Shown: piece after piece, positions 8,812 to 17,679 of the stretch
How the letters are laid out: the number at the start of each line of letters is the position of its first letter
Numbering within the stretch: the first letter of the stretch is position 1
Virus record (IMG/VR): IMGVR_UViG_3300020174_000004
Coordinates: 1-64,000 of that record
Source of the DNA: a virus
Direction: 5' to 3' (one strand)
DNA: 64,000 nt
Translations under genes and position numbers: made by a program
Notes under the pieces: generated by a model
What the model saw: only the letters and a program-made list of their open reading frames with translations
The model's database searches: none
Told to the model about the DNA's origin: nothing

Positions 8812-9774
8812 ATGGAAAATAATGAACTATCAAAAAATGCCATGGGTGGAACTGAACTCATGCTTAAAAAATTGCATGATTCTCTTGAACCAGAATTGAT
8901 TAATGAATGTCAGATTATTCCTTCCCGTGTTAGAGAACTTCATAATGATAAGATTAGAATCTATTGGGTTCATGACTTGGCTCTTGATCCTGAAGTTCAG
9001 CATCTTGCGAATAAGGGGTGGGAAAAGTTTCATAAGATAGTTTTTGTTTCTCATTATCAAATGAAAGATTATATTACACGATTTAATATTCCTTGGTCAA
9101 AATGTATTGTAATGCCAAATGCTATTAATCCAATTGAAGATCATCAAAAGCCTGATGATGTTATTAGACTTGTATATACATCAACACCTCATCGTGGATT
9201 AAATATTCTTTATCATGTTTTTGATAAGCTATCACAGAATCATGAAGATGTAGAACTTGATGTTTATTCATCATTTAAACTATATGGATGGCCAGAGCGT
9301 GATGAACAATTTAAAGAGCTTTTTGATCTTTTGGAACAGCATCCTAAGATTAACTATTATGGAACAAAATCAAATGAAGAAGTACGTGAAGGTTTAAAAA
9401 ACTGTCATATTTTTGCTTATCCATCAACATGGGAAGAAACATCATGCCTATGTTTAATGGAAGCAATGTCTGCTGGGTTGGTATGTGTTCATCCAAATTA
9501 TGGAGCATTGTATGAAACTGCTGCAAATTGGACTATGATGTATCACTATCATGAAGATCTAAATAAGCATGCCTCAATGTTCTATTCTATTCTTAACTCA
9601 ACAATTGCTGATTTGAAGCAAAATAAACTTTCTGATACTCTTAGAAGCCAGAAAGAATATGCAAATGTTTTCTATAATTGGGAAGCAAGAAAGCAGCAAT
9701 GGGCATCTTTGGTTCGTTCTCTTCTTAATGAACCAAGAGAAATTCCATCAGCAAAATTTGTCTACAATTACTAA
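8812..9774 (+). CDS. Glycosyltransferase, GT4/group 1
   Basis: GGTE, YTSTPHRGL, AYPSTWEETSCLCLMEAMSAG. Confidence 0.9.
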   Translation: MENNELSKNAMGGTELMLKKLHDSLEPELINECQIIPSRVRELHNDKIRIYWVHDLALDPEVQHLANKGWEKFHKIVFVSHYQMKDYITRFNIPWSKCIVMPNAINPIEDHQKPDDVIRLVYTSTPHRGLNILYHVFDKLSQNHEDVELDVYSSFKLYGWPERDEQFKELFDLLEQHPKINYYGTKSNEEVREGLKNCHIFAYPSTWEETSCLCLMEAMSAGLVCVHPNYGALYETAANWTMMYHYHEDLNKHASMFYSILNSTIADLKQNKLSDTLRSQKEYANVFYNWEARKQQWASLVRSLLNEPREIPSAKFVYNY

Positions 9775-9776
9775 AA

Positions 9777-9784
9777 TATAAATA
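9777..9784 (+). promoter_or_regulatory. T4-type late promoter
   Basis: Intergenic TATAAATA. Confidence 0.7.
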
Positions 9785-9812
9785 AAGTATGAACCACTCA
9801 TAAGAGCAATTT

Positions 9813-10181
9813 ATGGAAAGCAATAACGTAATACTATTTCCAAGTACATATAAGCACCCACCAAGAAATCTTGATGAAGTGATAAACAGCGTTGATACAA
9901 TGAAGCAAGTTCATATCCAAGAAACAATCTCAACAATTGTGCCAATTATTTTTCAATCATTGGCTGCTTCAGGTTTTGATTTTGGTATAGATGAAGAAAC
10001 CGATGATGTTCCTGAGCTAAAAGATGGAGCTCTTTTAGTTGAAGCCATGAGATCAATGCTTTGCAAGCAATATAAAATCTATCATCCTTTTCAAGATATA
10101 GCAGAAAATGCATTTTTTCTTGAAAAAGACGGTTTACTTGTTGTAAAAAATAATATACAATTATCTGAGATAAACGACTAA
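9813..10181 (+). CDS. Conserved T4-like hypothetical protein
   Basis: NNVILFP N-terminus, YHPFQDIA; precedes RNase H. Confidence 0.7.
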   Translation: MESNNVILFPSTYKHPPRNLDEVINSVDTMKQVHIQETISTIVPIIFQSLAASGFDFGIDEETDDVPELKDGALLVEAMRSMLCKQYKIYHPFQDIAENAFFLEKDGLLVVKNNIQLSEIND

Positions 10182-10191
10182 AGGATATATT

Positions 10192-11052
10192 ATGATTATC
10201 GTGGACCTGAACCAGGTTATGATTTCCAATCTTCTTATGCAAATTGGTAAACATACTAATGCTCCACTTGAAGAAAGTATGGTTAGGCATATGGTTCTTA
10301 ATTCTCTTCGTTCCTATAATTCAAAGTTTAGGGATGAATATGGAGAGATGATTATTGCTTGTGATAATAAGAACTATTGGCGTAAAAAGCTATTTCCTTA
10401 TTACAAGGCAAATCGTAAGAAAAATATTCAAAAATCTGAACTTGACTGGAATGCAATCTTTGAAACGATGAATAAGATTCGTTCTGAACTTACTGAATTT
10501 TTTCCTTATCGAATTATCAATATTGAATCGGCTGAAGCTGATGATGTTATTGCAACATTGACAACTCACTTTGGATCAGATTTAAATTCTGGTGAAAAGA
10601 TTCTTATTGTTTCTGGTGATAAGGATTTTATTCAGCTTCATCGTTTTGCTAATGTAAAGCAATATGATCCTGTTAGGAAGAAGAATATTCATCATAATGA
10701 TCCTGAAACTTATCTTAAGGAGCATATTATTCGTGGTGATGCTGGTGATGGCGTTCCAAACTTTTTATCGCAGGATGATTGTTTTGTAATTGGTGTAAGG
10801 CAAACTCCAATTACATCAAAAAAGTTAGCTGATTGGGTTACAAAAGATCCTTCTGAATTTTGCGATCAGCGTATGATGAGAAATTATGTACGTAATAAGC
10901 AACTTATTGATCTTTCAATGGTTCCAGAAGAAATTAAAGAAAAGATCATGGAGGAATATACTCGCCAAGAAAATAAAGATAAGAAACATTTATTCAACTA
11001 CTTCGTAAAAAATAAATTGAAAAACTTGATTGAACATATAGGAGATTTTTAA
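10192..11052 (+). CDS. rnh: T4-type RNase H (5'-3' exonuclease)
   Basis: IIVDLNQ, YWRKKLFPYYKANR, EADDVIA, SGDKDFIQL, GDAGDGVPN. Confidence 0.95.
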   Translation: MIIVDLNQVMISNLLMQIGKHTNAPLEESMVRHMVLNSLRSYNSKFRDEYGEMIIACDNKNYWRKKLFPYYKANRKKNIQKSELDWNAIFETMNKIRSELTEFFPYRIINIESAEADDVIATLTTHFGSDLNSGEKILIVSGDKDFIQLHRFANVKQYDPVRKKNIHHNDPETYLKEHIIRGDAGDGVPNFLSQDDCFVIGVRQTPITSKKLADWVTKDPSEFCDQRMMRNYVRNKQLIDLSMVPEEIKEKIMEEYTRQENKDKKHLFNYFVKNKLKNLIEHIGDF

Positions 11053-11468
11053 TGAGACTTTCGATCTCAGAAATTCTTGAGAATGCATCAAAACTGAAAA
11101 CAAAGAAGGAAAAGATCGAATATCTTAGGCAGTTTGATAATAGTGCTCTACGTAATGTGCTATTGTATGCTTTTGATCCAACGCTAAAATTCTTGTTACC
11201 AGAAGGTGCGCCACCTTTTAAGAAAAGTGAATATCATGATGGTCATGGCATTCTCTATAAGGAAGCAAGAAAACTATATCTATTTGTTGAAGGTGGAAAT
11301 CCAAATCTAACAAATGTTCGTAGAGAGCAATTGTTTATTAACCTATTAGAATCTGTAGATCCTAAAGATGCAGAACTTCTACTTAATGTAAAGGATAAGA
11401 AAATTCCTTATTCTGGAATTAATAAAGCACTAGTAAAGGAGACCTTTCCAGGTTTAATCGATGAGTAA
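11052..11468 (+). CDS. Conserved T4-like hypothetical protein
   Basis: LPEGAPPF, RREQLFINLLESVDPKDAELL; follows rnh. Confidence 0.8.
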   Translation: MRLSISEILENASKLKTKKEKIEYLRQFDNSALRNVLLYAFDPTLKFLLPEGAPPFKKSEYHDGHGILYKEARKLYLFVEGGNPNLTNVRREQLFINLLESVDPKDAELLLNVKDKKIPYSGINKALVKETFPGLIDE

Positions 11469-11673
11469 ATCTAACTTTAAACGATTTAAGAAAAACGACT
11501 ATTCTCATGATGAAGAAGATTATGATTATAGGAAGCCAATGAGCGATGTAAATAAAAGAGAAAATAAAAGATTTGAGCGTGCTCTTAAAACTAAAGATAT
11601 AACAAGTCTTATTGATGAAGATTATGAAGATTATGAAGATACTTACTCTTCTAATGAATATAGGAAGTACTAA
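11461..11673 (+). CDS. Small charged hypothetical protein
   Basis: 70 aa ORF coupled to neighbours. Confidence 0.65.
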   Translation: MSKSNFKRFKKNDYSHDEEDYDYRKPMSDVNKRENKRFERALKTKDITSLIDEDYEDYEDTYSSNEYRKY

Positions 11674-11918
11674 TGCCCACCTATACATTTTTAAATACAA
11701 AGACTAAAAAGGAATTTGACATAACAATGTCAATATCAGAACGTGATAAGTACGTTTCTGAAAACCCCCACCTCCAACAAGTATTAAAAACAATGAATGT
11801 AGTCGATCCAACGAGACTTGGCATTCAAAAGCCTGATAATGGCTTTCGTGATCTTTTAAAAGATATGAAAAAGAAACACTCGGGAGGGATTACTAAATCT
11901 ACTATTAATACTTTTTAG
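11673..11918 (+). CDS. FmdB-like small protein (cysteine-less variant)
   Basis: MPTYTF N-terminus, KPDNGFRDLL; precedes phoH. Confidence 0.7.
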   Translation: MPTYTFLNTKTKKEFDITMSISERDKYVSENPHLQQVLKTMNVVDPTRLGIQKPDNGFRDLLKDMKKKHSGGITKSTINTF

Positions 11919-11930
11919 AAAAGAGATAAC

Positions 11931-12683
11931 ATGCAGCAGACAAAAAGACTTACAAAAAGAGAAAGAAGAATATTGCGACAGCAAGGAGTCTTAGATGAAA
12001 ATAACAATGTTTCTTTTAAACTTAATTTTAGACTAAAAGATATATCACCATTAACTGCAAATCAACGTAAAACGTTTTCTGAATTTGAAAAAGGCAAAAA
12101 CATGTTATTGCATGGAATTGCCGGAACAGGAAAGAGCTTCATATCATTATATCTTTCGCTCAGAGAACTTATATCAGGTGATTCTCAATACGAAAAAATA
12201 TATATTGTTAGATCTGCTGTACCTACAAGAGACATGGGTTTTTTGCCAGGAAATAATAAAGAAAAATCAAAAGTATATGAAGCCCCATATTCTTCTATAT
12301 GTTCAGAACTATTTGGAAGAGGAGATGCTTATGAAGTACTTAAAACTAAAAACCTTATCGACTTTATTAGCACATCTTATATACGCGGGATCACTATTAA
12401 TGATTCTATCATTATTGTTGATGAAATAGCAAATCTTACTTTACATGAATTGGATTCTGTTATTACGCGTGTTGGTAAGAATTGTAGAATTATATTTTGT
12501 GGTGATTTTAGACAATCTGATTTTACCAAAGAACAAGAAAAGAATGGTCTAAAACAATTCATGCGAATTATCAATAAAATGAAATCATTTTCTTTTATTG
12601 ACTTTGATGTTGAAGATATTGTTCGATCTGACATGGTGAAGGAATATATTATTGTTAAAGATGAACTCCAAATCATCGCGTAA
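11931..12683 (+). CDS. phoH: PhoH-family ATPase
   Basis: GIAGTGKS, GFLPG, YIRGIT, IIVDE, ITRVG, GDFRQSD, DIVRS. Confidence 0.95.
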   Translation: MQQTKRLTKRERRILRQQGVLDENNNVSFKLNFRLKDISPLTANQRKTFSEFEKGKNMLLHGIAGTGKSFISLYLSLRELISGDSQYEKIYIVRSAVPTRDMGFLPGNNKEKSKVYEAPYSSICSELFGRGDAYEVLKTKNLIDFISTSYIRGITINDSIIIVDEIANLTLHELDSVITRVGKNCRIIFCGDFRQSDFTKEQEKNGLKQFMRIINKMKSFSFIDFDVEDIVRSDMVKEYIIVKDELQIIA

Positions 12684-13329
12684 GAGTTTTGATTTTAAAC
12701 TCTTACCTAAGAATAAACTCGAGCGCCAAAATATAGATGGCGCTCGATATTATGTTTCTCCTGAAGGTGAAAAGTTTAAATCCGTAACTTCTATTTTAGG
12801 AGAAAAGATGGATAAAACATATCTTTATGAATGGAGAAAAAGAGTAGGAGAAGCAGAAGCAAATAGAATATCTACTCAAGCTGCTGTTCGTGGAACACAA
12901 TTTCATACTATTTGTGAAAAGTATTTACTTGGCGAAGATTATGTAAAAAAATCAATGCCAACTACTCTTGATATGTTTAAACAAATTCGTGGAATTTTAG
13001 ATGATAATATTGGAACCATATATGGTCTAGAACATTTCTTATATTCTCGTAGACTACAAGCGGCTGGTACTGCGGATCTAATATGTGAATATGATTCTTG
13101 GAATTCTGTTGTTGATTTTAAGACTTCTAGAAGAATAAAAAAAGAAAAAGATATTGAGAATTATTTTCTTCAAGCTACAGCATATGCTTTGATGGTTGAA
13201 GAAAGATATGGCTTCTATGTTCCTCAAATTGTTATCATTATGGCCATAGACCATGAAGAGCCTAGAGTGTTTGTAAAGCAGAAGCTACACTATTTGAAAA
13301 GAGTTAACGAAATATTTTGTTCGTTCTAA
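12661..13329 (+). CDS. PD-(D/E)XK exonuclease
   Basis: SVTSIL, EWRKRVG, RGTQFH, AGTADL, DFKTS, YFLQATAY. Confidence 0.88.
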   Translation: MNSKSSRKSFDFKLLPKNKLERQNIDGARYYVSPEGEKFKSVTSILGEKMDKTYLYEWRKRVGEAEANRISTQAAVRGTQFHTICEKYLLGEDYVKKSMPTTLDMFKQIRGILDDNIGTIYGLEHFLYSRRLQAAGTADLICEYDSWNSVVDFKTSRRIKKEKDIENYFLQATAYALMVEERYGFYVPQIVIIMAIDHEEPRVFVKQKLHYLKRVNEIFCSF

Positions 13330-13330
13330 T

Positions 13331-13368
13331 CAAAAAACAGTTTACTTTTTATCAGAATATGATAGTAT
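13331..13368 (+). promoter_or_regulatory. Early promoter (T4-early-like)
   Basis: A-tract, GTTTAC (13340-13345), 17 bp, TGaTAGTAT. Confidence 0.65.
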
Positions 13369-13403
13369 ATAAAAGTAAGCTAACCAAATAGAGGTATTCA
13401 AAC

Positions 13404-14357
13404 ATGGCACATATGATTGAAATGGTTGATGGCAAGGCTCAGATGGCATATGCCGGCGAAGTTCCTTGGCATGGTCTTGGCACCAAGGTTCCGGCAGATC
13501 TTACTCCTGACCAGATGCTTGAAGCAGCCGGTCTTAATTGGAATGTATATAAAGTTCCAGCTTATTCTGAAATTAATGGCAAGAAGGTTTTTATTGGAAA
13601 ATCTGCTCTTGTTCGTGATCGCGATCATGAAGTTCTTGATATTGTATCAGATGATTGGAATGAAGTCCAGAATCATGAAGCATTTGAATTCTTCAATGAA
13701 TTTGTAATGTCTGGTGATATGGAAATGCATACAGCTGGTTCTCTTCGGGATGGTCAGATTGTTTGGGGACTTGCCAAGGTAAAGGATTCCTTTGAACTTT
13801 TCAAAGGTGATCGTATTGATTCTTACCTTCTCTTCTCAAACTTCCATCGTTATGGTTGTTCTACTGACGTTCGATTCACTCCAATTCGAGTAGTGTGTAA
13901 TAACACATTGACTCTATCTCTTAACTCTCGGGTTGAAAAGATGGTTCGTATTTCTCATCGTACAAAGTTCAATCCCGATGAAGTAAAAGAGATGCTTGGT
14001 ATTGCTACTGAAAAGCTCGCCAAATATAAGGAAATGGCTTCTTTCCTTGGATCTAAGAAAGCTAAGAATGAAGATATTGTAGAATATTTTCAGCGAATCT
14101 TTCCGGTTTCTAAAGCAAAAACAGAAACCAAAGAGCTTTCTCGCAATGCAAAGCTTGCAATGAGCATTCTTGATACTCAGCCTGGATCCGAATATGCGCA
14201 GGGAACGTGGTGGCAGCCATTTAATGCTGTTACATATATGACTGATCATTTGATGGGTCGTAATGATGATACCCGTATGACTTCAGCTTGGTTTGGTCCT
14301 AATCGCGCTCTTAAAACACGAGCACTTGAGACTGCACTTGAAATGGCTGATGCTTAA
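13404..14357 (+). CDS. DUF932 / TIGR03299 phage-plasmid protein
   Basis: PWHGLG, VQNHEAF, TAGSLRDG, TPIRVVCNNTL, FNAVT. Confidence 0.9.
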   Translation: MAHMIEMVDGKAQMAYAGEVPWHGLGTKVPADLTPDQMLEAAGLNWNVYKVPAYSEINGKKVFIGKSALVRDRDHEVLDIVSDDWNEVQNHEAFEFFNEFVMSGDMEMHTAGSLRDGQIVWGLAKVKDSFELFKGDRIDSYLLFSNFHRYGCSTDVRFTPIRVVCNNTLTLSLNSRVEKMVRISHRTKFNPDEVKEMLGIATEKLAKYKEMASFLGSKKAKNEDIVEYFQRIFPVSKAKTETKELSRNAKLAMSILDTQPGSEYAQGTWWQPFNAVTYMTDHLMGRNDDTRMTSAWFGPNRALKTRALETALEMADA

Positions 14358-14371
14358 TAGGAGAAGTAAAA

Positions 14372-15514
14372 ATGGCTCGTCGTACATCATTAATTCAGCG
14401 TAAACAAAAAGAAGTCCGTAAAACAAAGACCGAAAATTACCTGATTAATCTAAAGTATCTTGGCGACGAGCCATCTTTTGTTGGTGAAGTCACTTCTTCA
14501 CAGTATGGAAAAGCTCTGACATGGTATAACTATATGTGTACCACTTCAGATGCAAGAGAATATCTTGAAACTTATCTTAAGAATCAAGCTAGAACTGCAG
14601 AATTAAAAACTTTTAAGAAAGTCAAAGATACTTGGGTTCCTACAACTGCTGCTTGGGTTGCTAGACTTATTAATCGTGGATATGCATTACCAGAAGAAGC
14701 AAGGCCATTTCTTGAAAAGTCACTAAAGGAAGCACTATCTAAATCAGAAGATGATGTGCAGGAATTGGCAGAAGAAAAAAAAGAAACTGTTAATATTCAA
14801 AAGAAAATAAACGATAAGACATCTGATATTATTGCTGAAATTGAATCAATAATTGATGAACACATCTTTAAAGATGGTGATATGAAATTTTCATTATATG
14901 ATTGGCTTAAAGCAAATGATATTCCATCAGTGTATTGTCCTAGAATAGCAGAATTCTATAGACCATGGTTGGTAGAATTATGTGATGCATATATTGGAAA
15001 AGATGCAGATCTTAAAGAAGGATATTCATATCTAAGTAAAAAACAACTGAAACAAAGAGTTGACTTTTTTAATCGTCTTGTTGAAGATGCAGAACGTTAT
15101 GGTACAAATGTTAAAAAAGCTAGAGCACCACGTAAAAAGAAACCTGTTTCTATAGAGAAAAAACTAAAGAACTTTAAGTTCCAAAAAGAAGATACAAACT
15201 TTAAGATTGCATCAGTTTCTCCTGATAAAATTGTTGGATGTAATGAACTCTGGACATTCAATACAAAATATAAAACATTAACCGTGTTTAGAGCACAAGG
15301 TCCTGCAGGTCTAGATATTAATCGAACTTCTATTATTGGATATGATGAATCTAGTTCTATGACAAAAAGAACAGGTCGTAAACCAGAATATTTTATTGAC
15401 AAAGTTCTAAATGGTGGTAAAATAGTATTAAGAAAACTTATGGATGAAGCAAAAGGAGAAGCATCTCTAGCATTTAGAATAAACGAAAATACAATTCTAC
15501 TTAAAATAACATAG
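14372..15514 (+). CDS. Conserved T4-like hypothetical protein
   Basis: 380 aa; ALTWYNY, LWTFNTKYK, RINENTILLK. Confidence 0.8.
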   Translation: MARRTSLIQRKQKEVRKTKTENYLINLKYLGDEPSFVGEVTSSQYGKALTWYNYMCTTSDAREYLETYLKNQARTAELKTFKKVKDTWVPTTAAWVARLINRGYALPEEARPFLEKSLKEALSKSEDDVQELAEEKKETVNIQKKINDKTSDIIAEIESIIDEHIFKDGDMKFSLYDWLKANDIPSVYCPRIAEFYRPWLVELCDAYIGKDADLKEGYSYLSKKQLKQRVDFFNRLVEDAERYGTNVKKARAPRKKKPVSIEKKLKNFKFQKEDTNFKIASVSPDKIVGCNELWTFNTKYKTLTVFRAQGPAGLDINRTSIIGYDESSSMTKRTGRKPEYFIDKVLNGGKIVLRKLMDEAKGEASLAFRINENTILLKIT

Positions 15515-15524
15515 GAGAATAAAA

Positions 15525-15710
15525 ATGGCTGGTGTAAAGACTCGTAAAGGTGATGTGGTAAAACAGAAAGTACGCATGTTGCATGGTAAAGTTGTAAAGC
15601 CTGTAGCATATGGTGTTAAGATGAAGATTGTTGGTGAAATTGATGGCGTTATGGTAGTTGACGCAAATGGCAAACCAATCCCCTTTAAGAGTATTGGTGA
15701 ACTGGTATAA
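15525..15710 (+). CDS. Small basic hypothetical protein
   Basis: 61 aa, AGGAG RBS. Confidence 0.7.
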   Translation: MAGVKTRKGDVVKQKVRMLHGKVVKPVAYGVKMKIVGEIDGVMVVDANGKPIPFKSIGELV

Positions 15711-15713
15711 ATA
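15706..15713 (+). promoter_or_regulatory. T4-type late promoter upstream of tmRNA
   Basis: TATAAATA directly before the tmRNA locus. Confidence 0.75.
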
Positions 15714-15728
15714 GTTTGTTATCGTTTT

Positions 15729-15999
15729 ATTATCAACGAAATGGCGGTTGATAATTATATGGAAATATATAAAGTATTTGCGGACCCGGCTCTCGGATGC
15801 CGGCACCTCCACCAATAAATTTTTATGGGGGTGAAAGGGATCGACGTGGTATGTAATATATTTCAAGTCATTCGGGTGGAAACTCCGTTAACGTAACAAA
15901 AAACTATAGGTGCCAACGATAATGTTGCTCCTCGTTACGCTCTAGCAGCCTAGCATGAGTTTTCGGTGGGTTTGACTTGGAAACAGAATAAACCCACCA
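15729..15999 (+). ncRNA. ssrA: Circularly permuted (two-piece) tmRNA, tag ANDNVAPRYALAA; outer ends approximate
   Basis: T-arm CCGGC/GCCGG and CACCTCC-A-CCA ending 15814 precede a 12-nt spacer and GGGGGTGAAAGGGATCGAC at 15827; acceptor stem has G3-U70; tag frame 15912-15953. Confidence 0.93.
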
Positions 16000-16003
16000 C
16001 TTT
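15965..16003 (+). terminator. 3' hairpin of tmRNA coding piece, possible terminator
   Basis: GGTGGGTTT...AAACCCACC followed by ACTTT. Confidence 0.55.
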
Positions 16004-16019
16004 ATAAAGGATTAAGGAT

Positions 16020-16364
16020 GTGTACAAGATACTTACAGTCCTTCTACTTTTGTTTAGCACTGCGGCAATAGCAGAAGAAAAGAAAATAGAAGAACCAACA
16101 TGTGTTCCATTCGTATTTGCGTTTAACATGTTGAGAGAAGCTAAGTATGCTCCGTTCATGAGAAAACGGGGTGATACAAGAGTCGATGAAATAATATATT
16201 CCACAAAAACAAAAAGAGTGATTCATATCTGGTATTTTCAGGCAGACAAAACTGCAATGCCTATATCACTCTGTATTGGTAAAACATATGAAGGTTTCGA
16301 TATAACTTCTGATTTCATGATGGCTATTAAAGAGTTCATCATAAATCCAGAGGTGCCATTGTGA
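16020..16364 (+). CDS. Exported hypothetical protein
   Basis: Signal peptide MYKILTVLLLLFSTAAIA; two Cys. Confidence 0.7.
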   Translation: MYKILTVLLLLFSTAAIAEEKKIEEPTCVPFVFAFNMLREAKYAPFMRKRGDTRVDEIIYSTKTKRVIHIWYFQADKTAMPISLCIGKTYEGFDITSDFMMAIKEFIINPEVPL

Positions 16365-16723
16365 AACATTTAATATTGACATTAGCTTTATTATGTGGTA
16401 TGATTATTCCATCAGTTGGTCATGAATGGTGGGGTAATGGAAAAGAGGTTGATCCAGAGACTAAAAGAAATTGCTGTGGCAGTGATGATTGCAAATTTAT
16501 TGATGAAAAGACTCTAATAAGAAAAGTAACACCACAAGGAATCTATCTTGAGTTTCCAAATCCAGTTCCTCCAATAAAAGAGCTGGAGTTCATGTATAAG
16601 AAAAAAGTAAAAGAAACGATTCCTTATCGAAGAGTAAGGCCATCGCCAGATGGTAAATATTGGGCCTGCATAAGTCCAGCAGGATATATAATATGTTATT
16701 GGGAACCACATAGTGGTGTTTAA
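16361..16723 (+). CDS. Exported Cys-rich hypothetical protein
   Basis: Signal peptide; CCGSDDC, SPDGKYWAC, IICY. Confidence 0.75.
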   Translation: MKHLILTLALLCGMIIPSVGHEWWGNGKEVDPETKRNCCGSDDCKFIDEKTLIRKVTPQGIYLEFPNPVPPIKELEFMYKKKVKETIPYRRVRPSPDGKYWACISPAGYIICYWEPHSGV

Positions 16724-16739
16724 ACAAAAGGAGAAGTAA

Positions 16740-16862
16740 ATGATCGAAGCAGTTTGGAGTTTAGTCACCTCAACTTTTGCTTGGGGTTTTGTTGCGGGTC
16801 TAATTATTGGTTGGAATTTTCTTTCACAGCCAGCATTTATTGCCAAGTGGTTTAAGAAGTAA
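16740..16862 (+). CDS. Small single-pass membrane protein (not in ORF track)
   Basis: MIEAVWSLVTSTFAWGFVAGLIIGWNFLSQPAFIAKWFKK*, AAGGAG RBS. Confidence 0.7.
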   Translation: MIEAVWSLVTSTFAWGFVAGLIIGWNFLSQPAFIAKWFKK

Positions 16863-16874
16863 TTGGAGAATATA

Positions 16875-17237
16875 ATGAAAGATACGTGGGGCTATCATCT
16901 ATTACTAGATTGTTCAAATGGTAATCTAGAAAAAATATCATCTAAGGATAACGTATACAACTTTGTAAAAGAACTTGTTGTTGCGATTGATATGAAAACA
17001 TTCGGCGAGCCATGGATCGAAAGATTCGCAACCCACGATCTTTCAAAGTCTGGCATTTCATTTTGTCAGATGATCGAAACTTCAAATATCACAGGTCATT
17101 TTGTTGATAAGAATGGAAACTTCTATATTGACGTGTTTTCATGCAAGCCATTTGATGAAAGCATTGTAGTTGATGTAGTTGATAAGTACTTCTCTCCTGA
17201 GAAGGTTAGGATTCACTTTATTTCCAGGGATGCATAA
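16875..17237 (+). CDS. speD: Pyruvoyl-dependent S-adenosylmethionine decarboxylase-like protein
   Basis: WGYHLLLDC, IETSNITGH self-cleavage region, YIDVFSCKPF. Confidence 0.85.
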   Translation: MKDTWGYHLLLDCSNGNLEKISSKDNVYNFVKELVVAIDMKTFGEPWIERFATHDLSKSGISFCQMIETSNITGHFVDKNGNFYIDVFSCKPFDESIVVDVVDKYFSPEKVRIHFISRDA

Positions 17238-17238
17238 T

Positions 17239-17436
17239 ATGCTTAATAAAGAACTCTATACGGATTCAATGCCATTTAATGGTTATTCCATAGATTTCCT
17301 AATTAAAACAATTTTTGAATATGAACTTAAAAACAATTTGACTATCAAACATATTGAAGGTAATGATAATGAAACAAATGTTGTCATTACCTATTTTGAA
17401 CAAAGAATTAAAGAAATAAAGGAAAATTATTCATGA
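17239..17436 (+). CDS. Hypothetical protein
   Basis: ATG 17239 just after the speD stop; overlaps gp33 start. Confidence 0.55.
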   Translation: MLNKELYTDSMPFNGYSIDFLIKTIFEYELKNNLTIKHIEGNDNETNVVITYFEQRIKEIKENYS

Positions 17437-17672
17437 GTAATGTGATTGATTTCTTTAGTTCCAGTACAACTTTTGCACAAGATATTGAAAAACTTAATAA
17501 GGATTCCGGTATTGAATATATTGATGCAATTGTTCAATGGTGTGAAAAGCACCAATTGGAAGTAGAGTATGCAGCAAATATGATTAAAAAGGATCCAGTA
17601 CTTAAAGCAAAGGTTCAAGTAGAAGCAGAAAATCTAAATTTCATCAAGAGGCCAAGTCGCCTACCAATTTAA
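17433..17672 (+). CDS. 33: Late transcription co-activator gp33
   Basis: YIDAIV.WCE, LKAKVQVEAENLNFI; gp33-gp59-gp32 synteny. Confidence 0.85.
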   Translation: MSNVIDFFSSSTTFAQDIEKLNKDSGIEYIDAIVQWCEKHQLEVEYAANMIKKDPVLKAKVQVEAENLNFIKRPSRLPI

Positions 17673-17679
17673 AACCGCC

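Noticed and set aside
12661-13329. Cas4 / CRISPR adaptation gene
   Set aside because: Lacks the four-Cys Fe-S motif; it is the usual T4-like exonuclease beside phoH
15781-15850. Ordinary tRNA-Ala gene or prophage att site
   Set aside because: Halves are in permuted order, there is no anticodon arm, a tag frame follows, and no integrase is present
15501-15866. Minus-strand 121-aa ORF
   Set aside because: Antisense to the tmRNA and a plus-strand gene, with no RBS or motif
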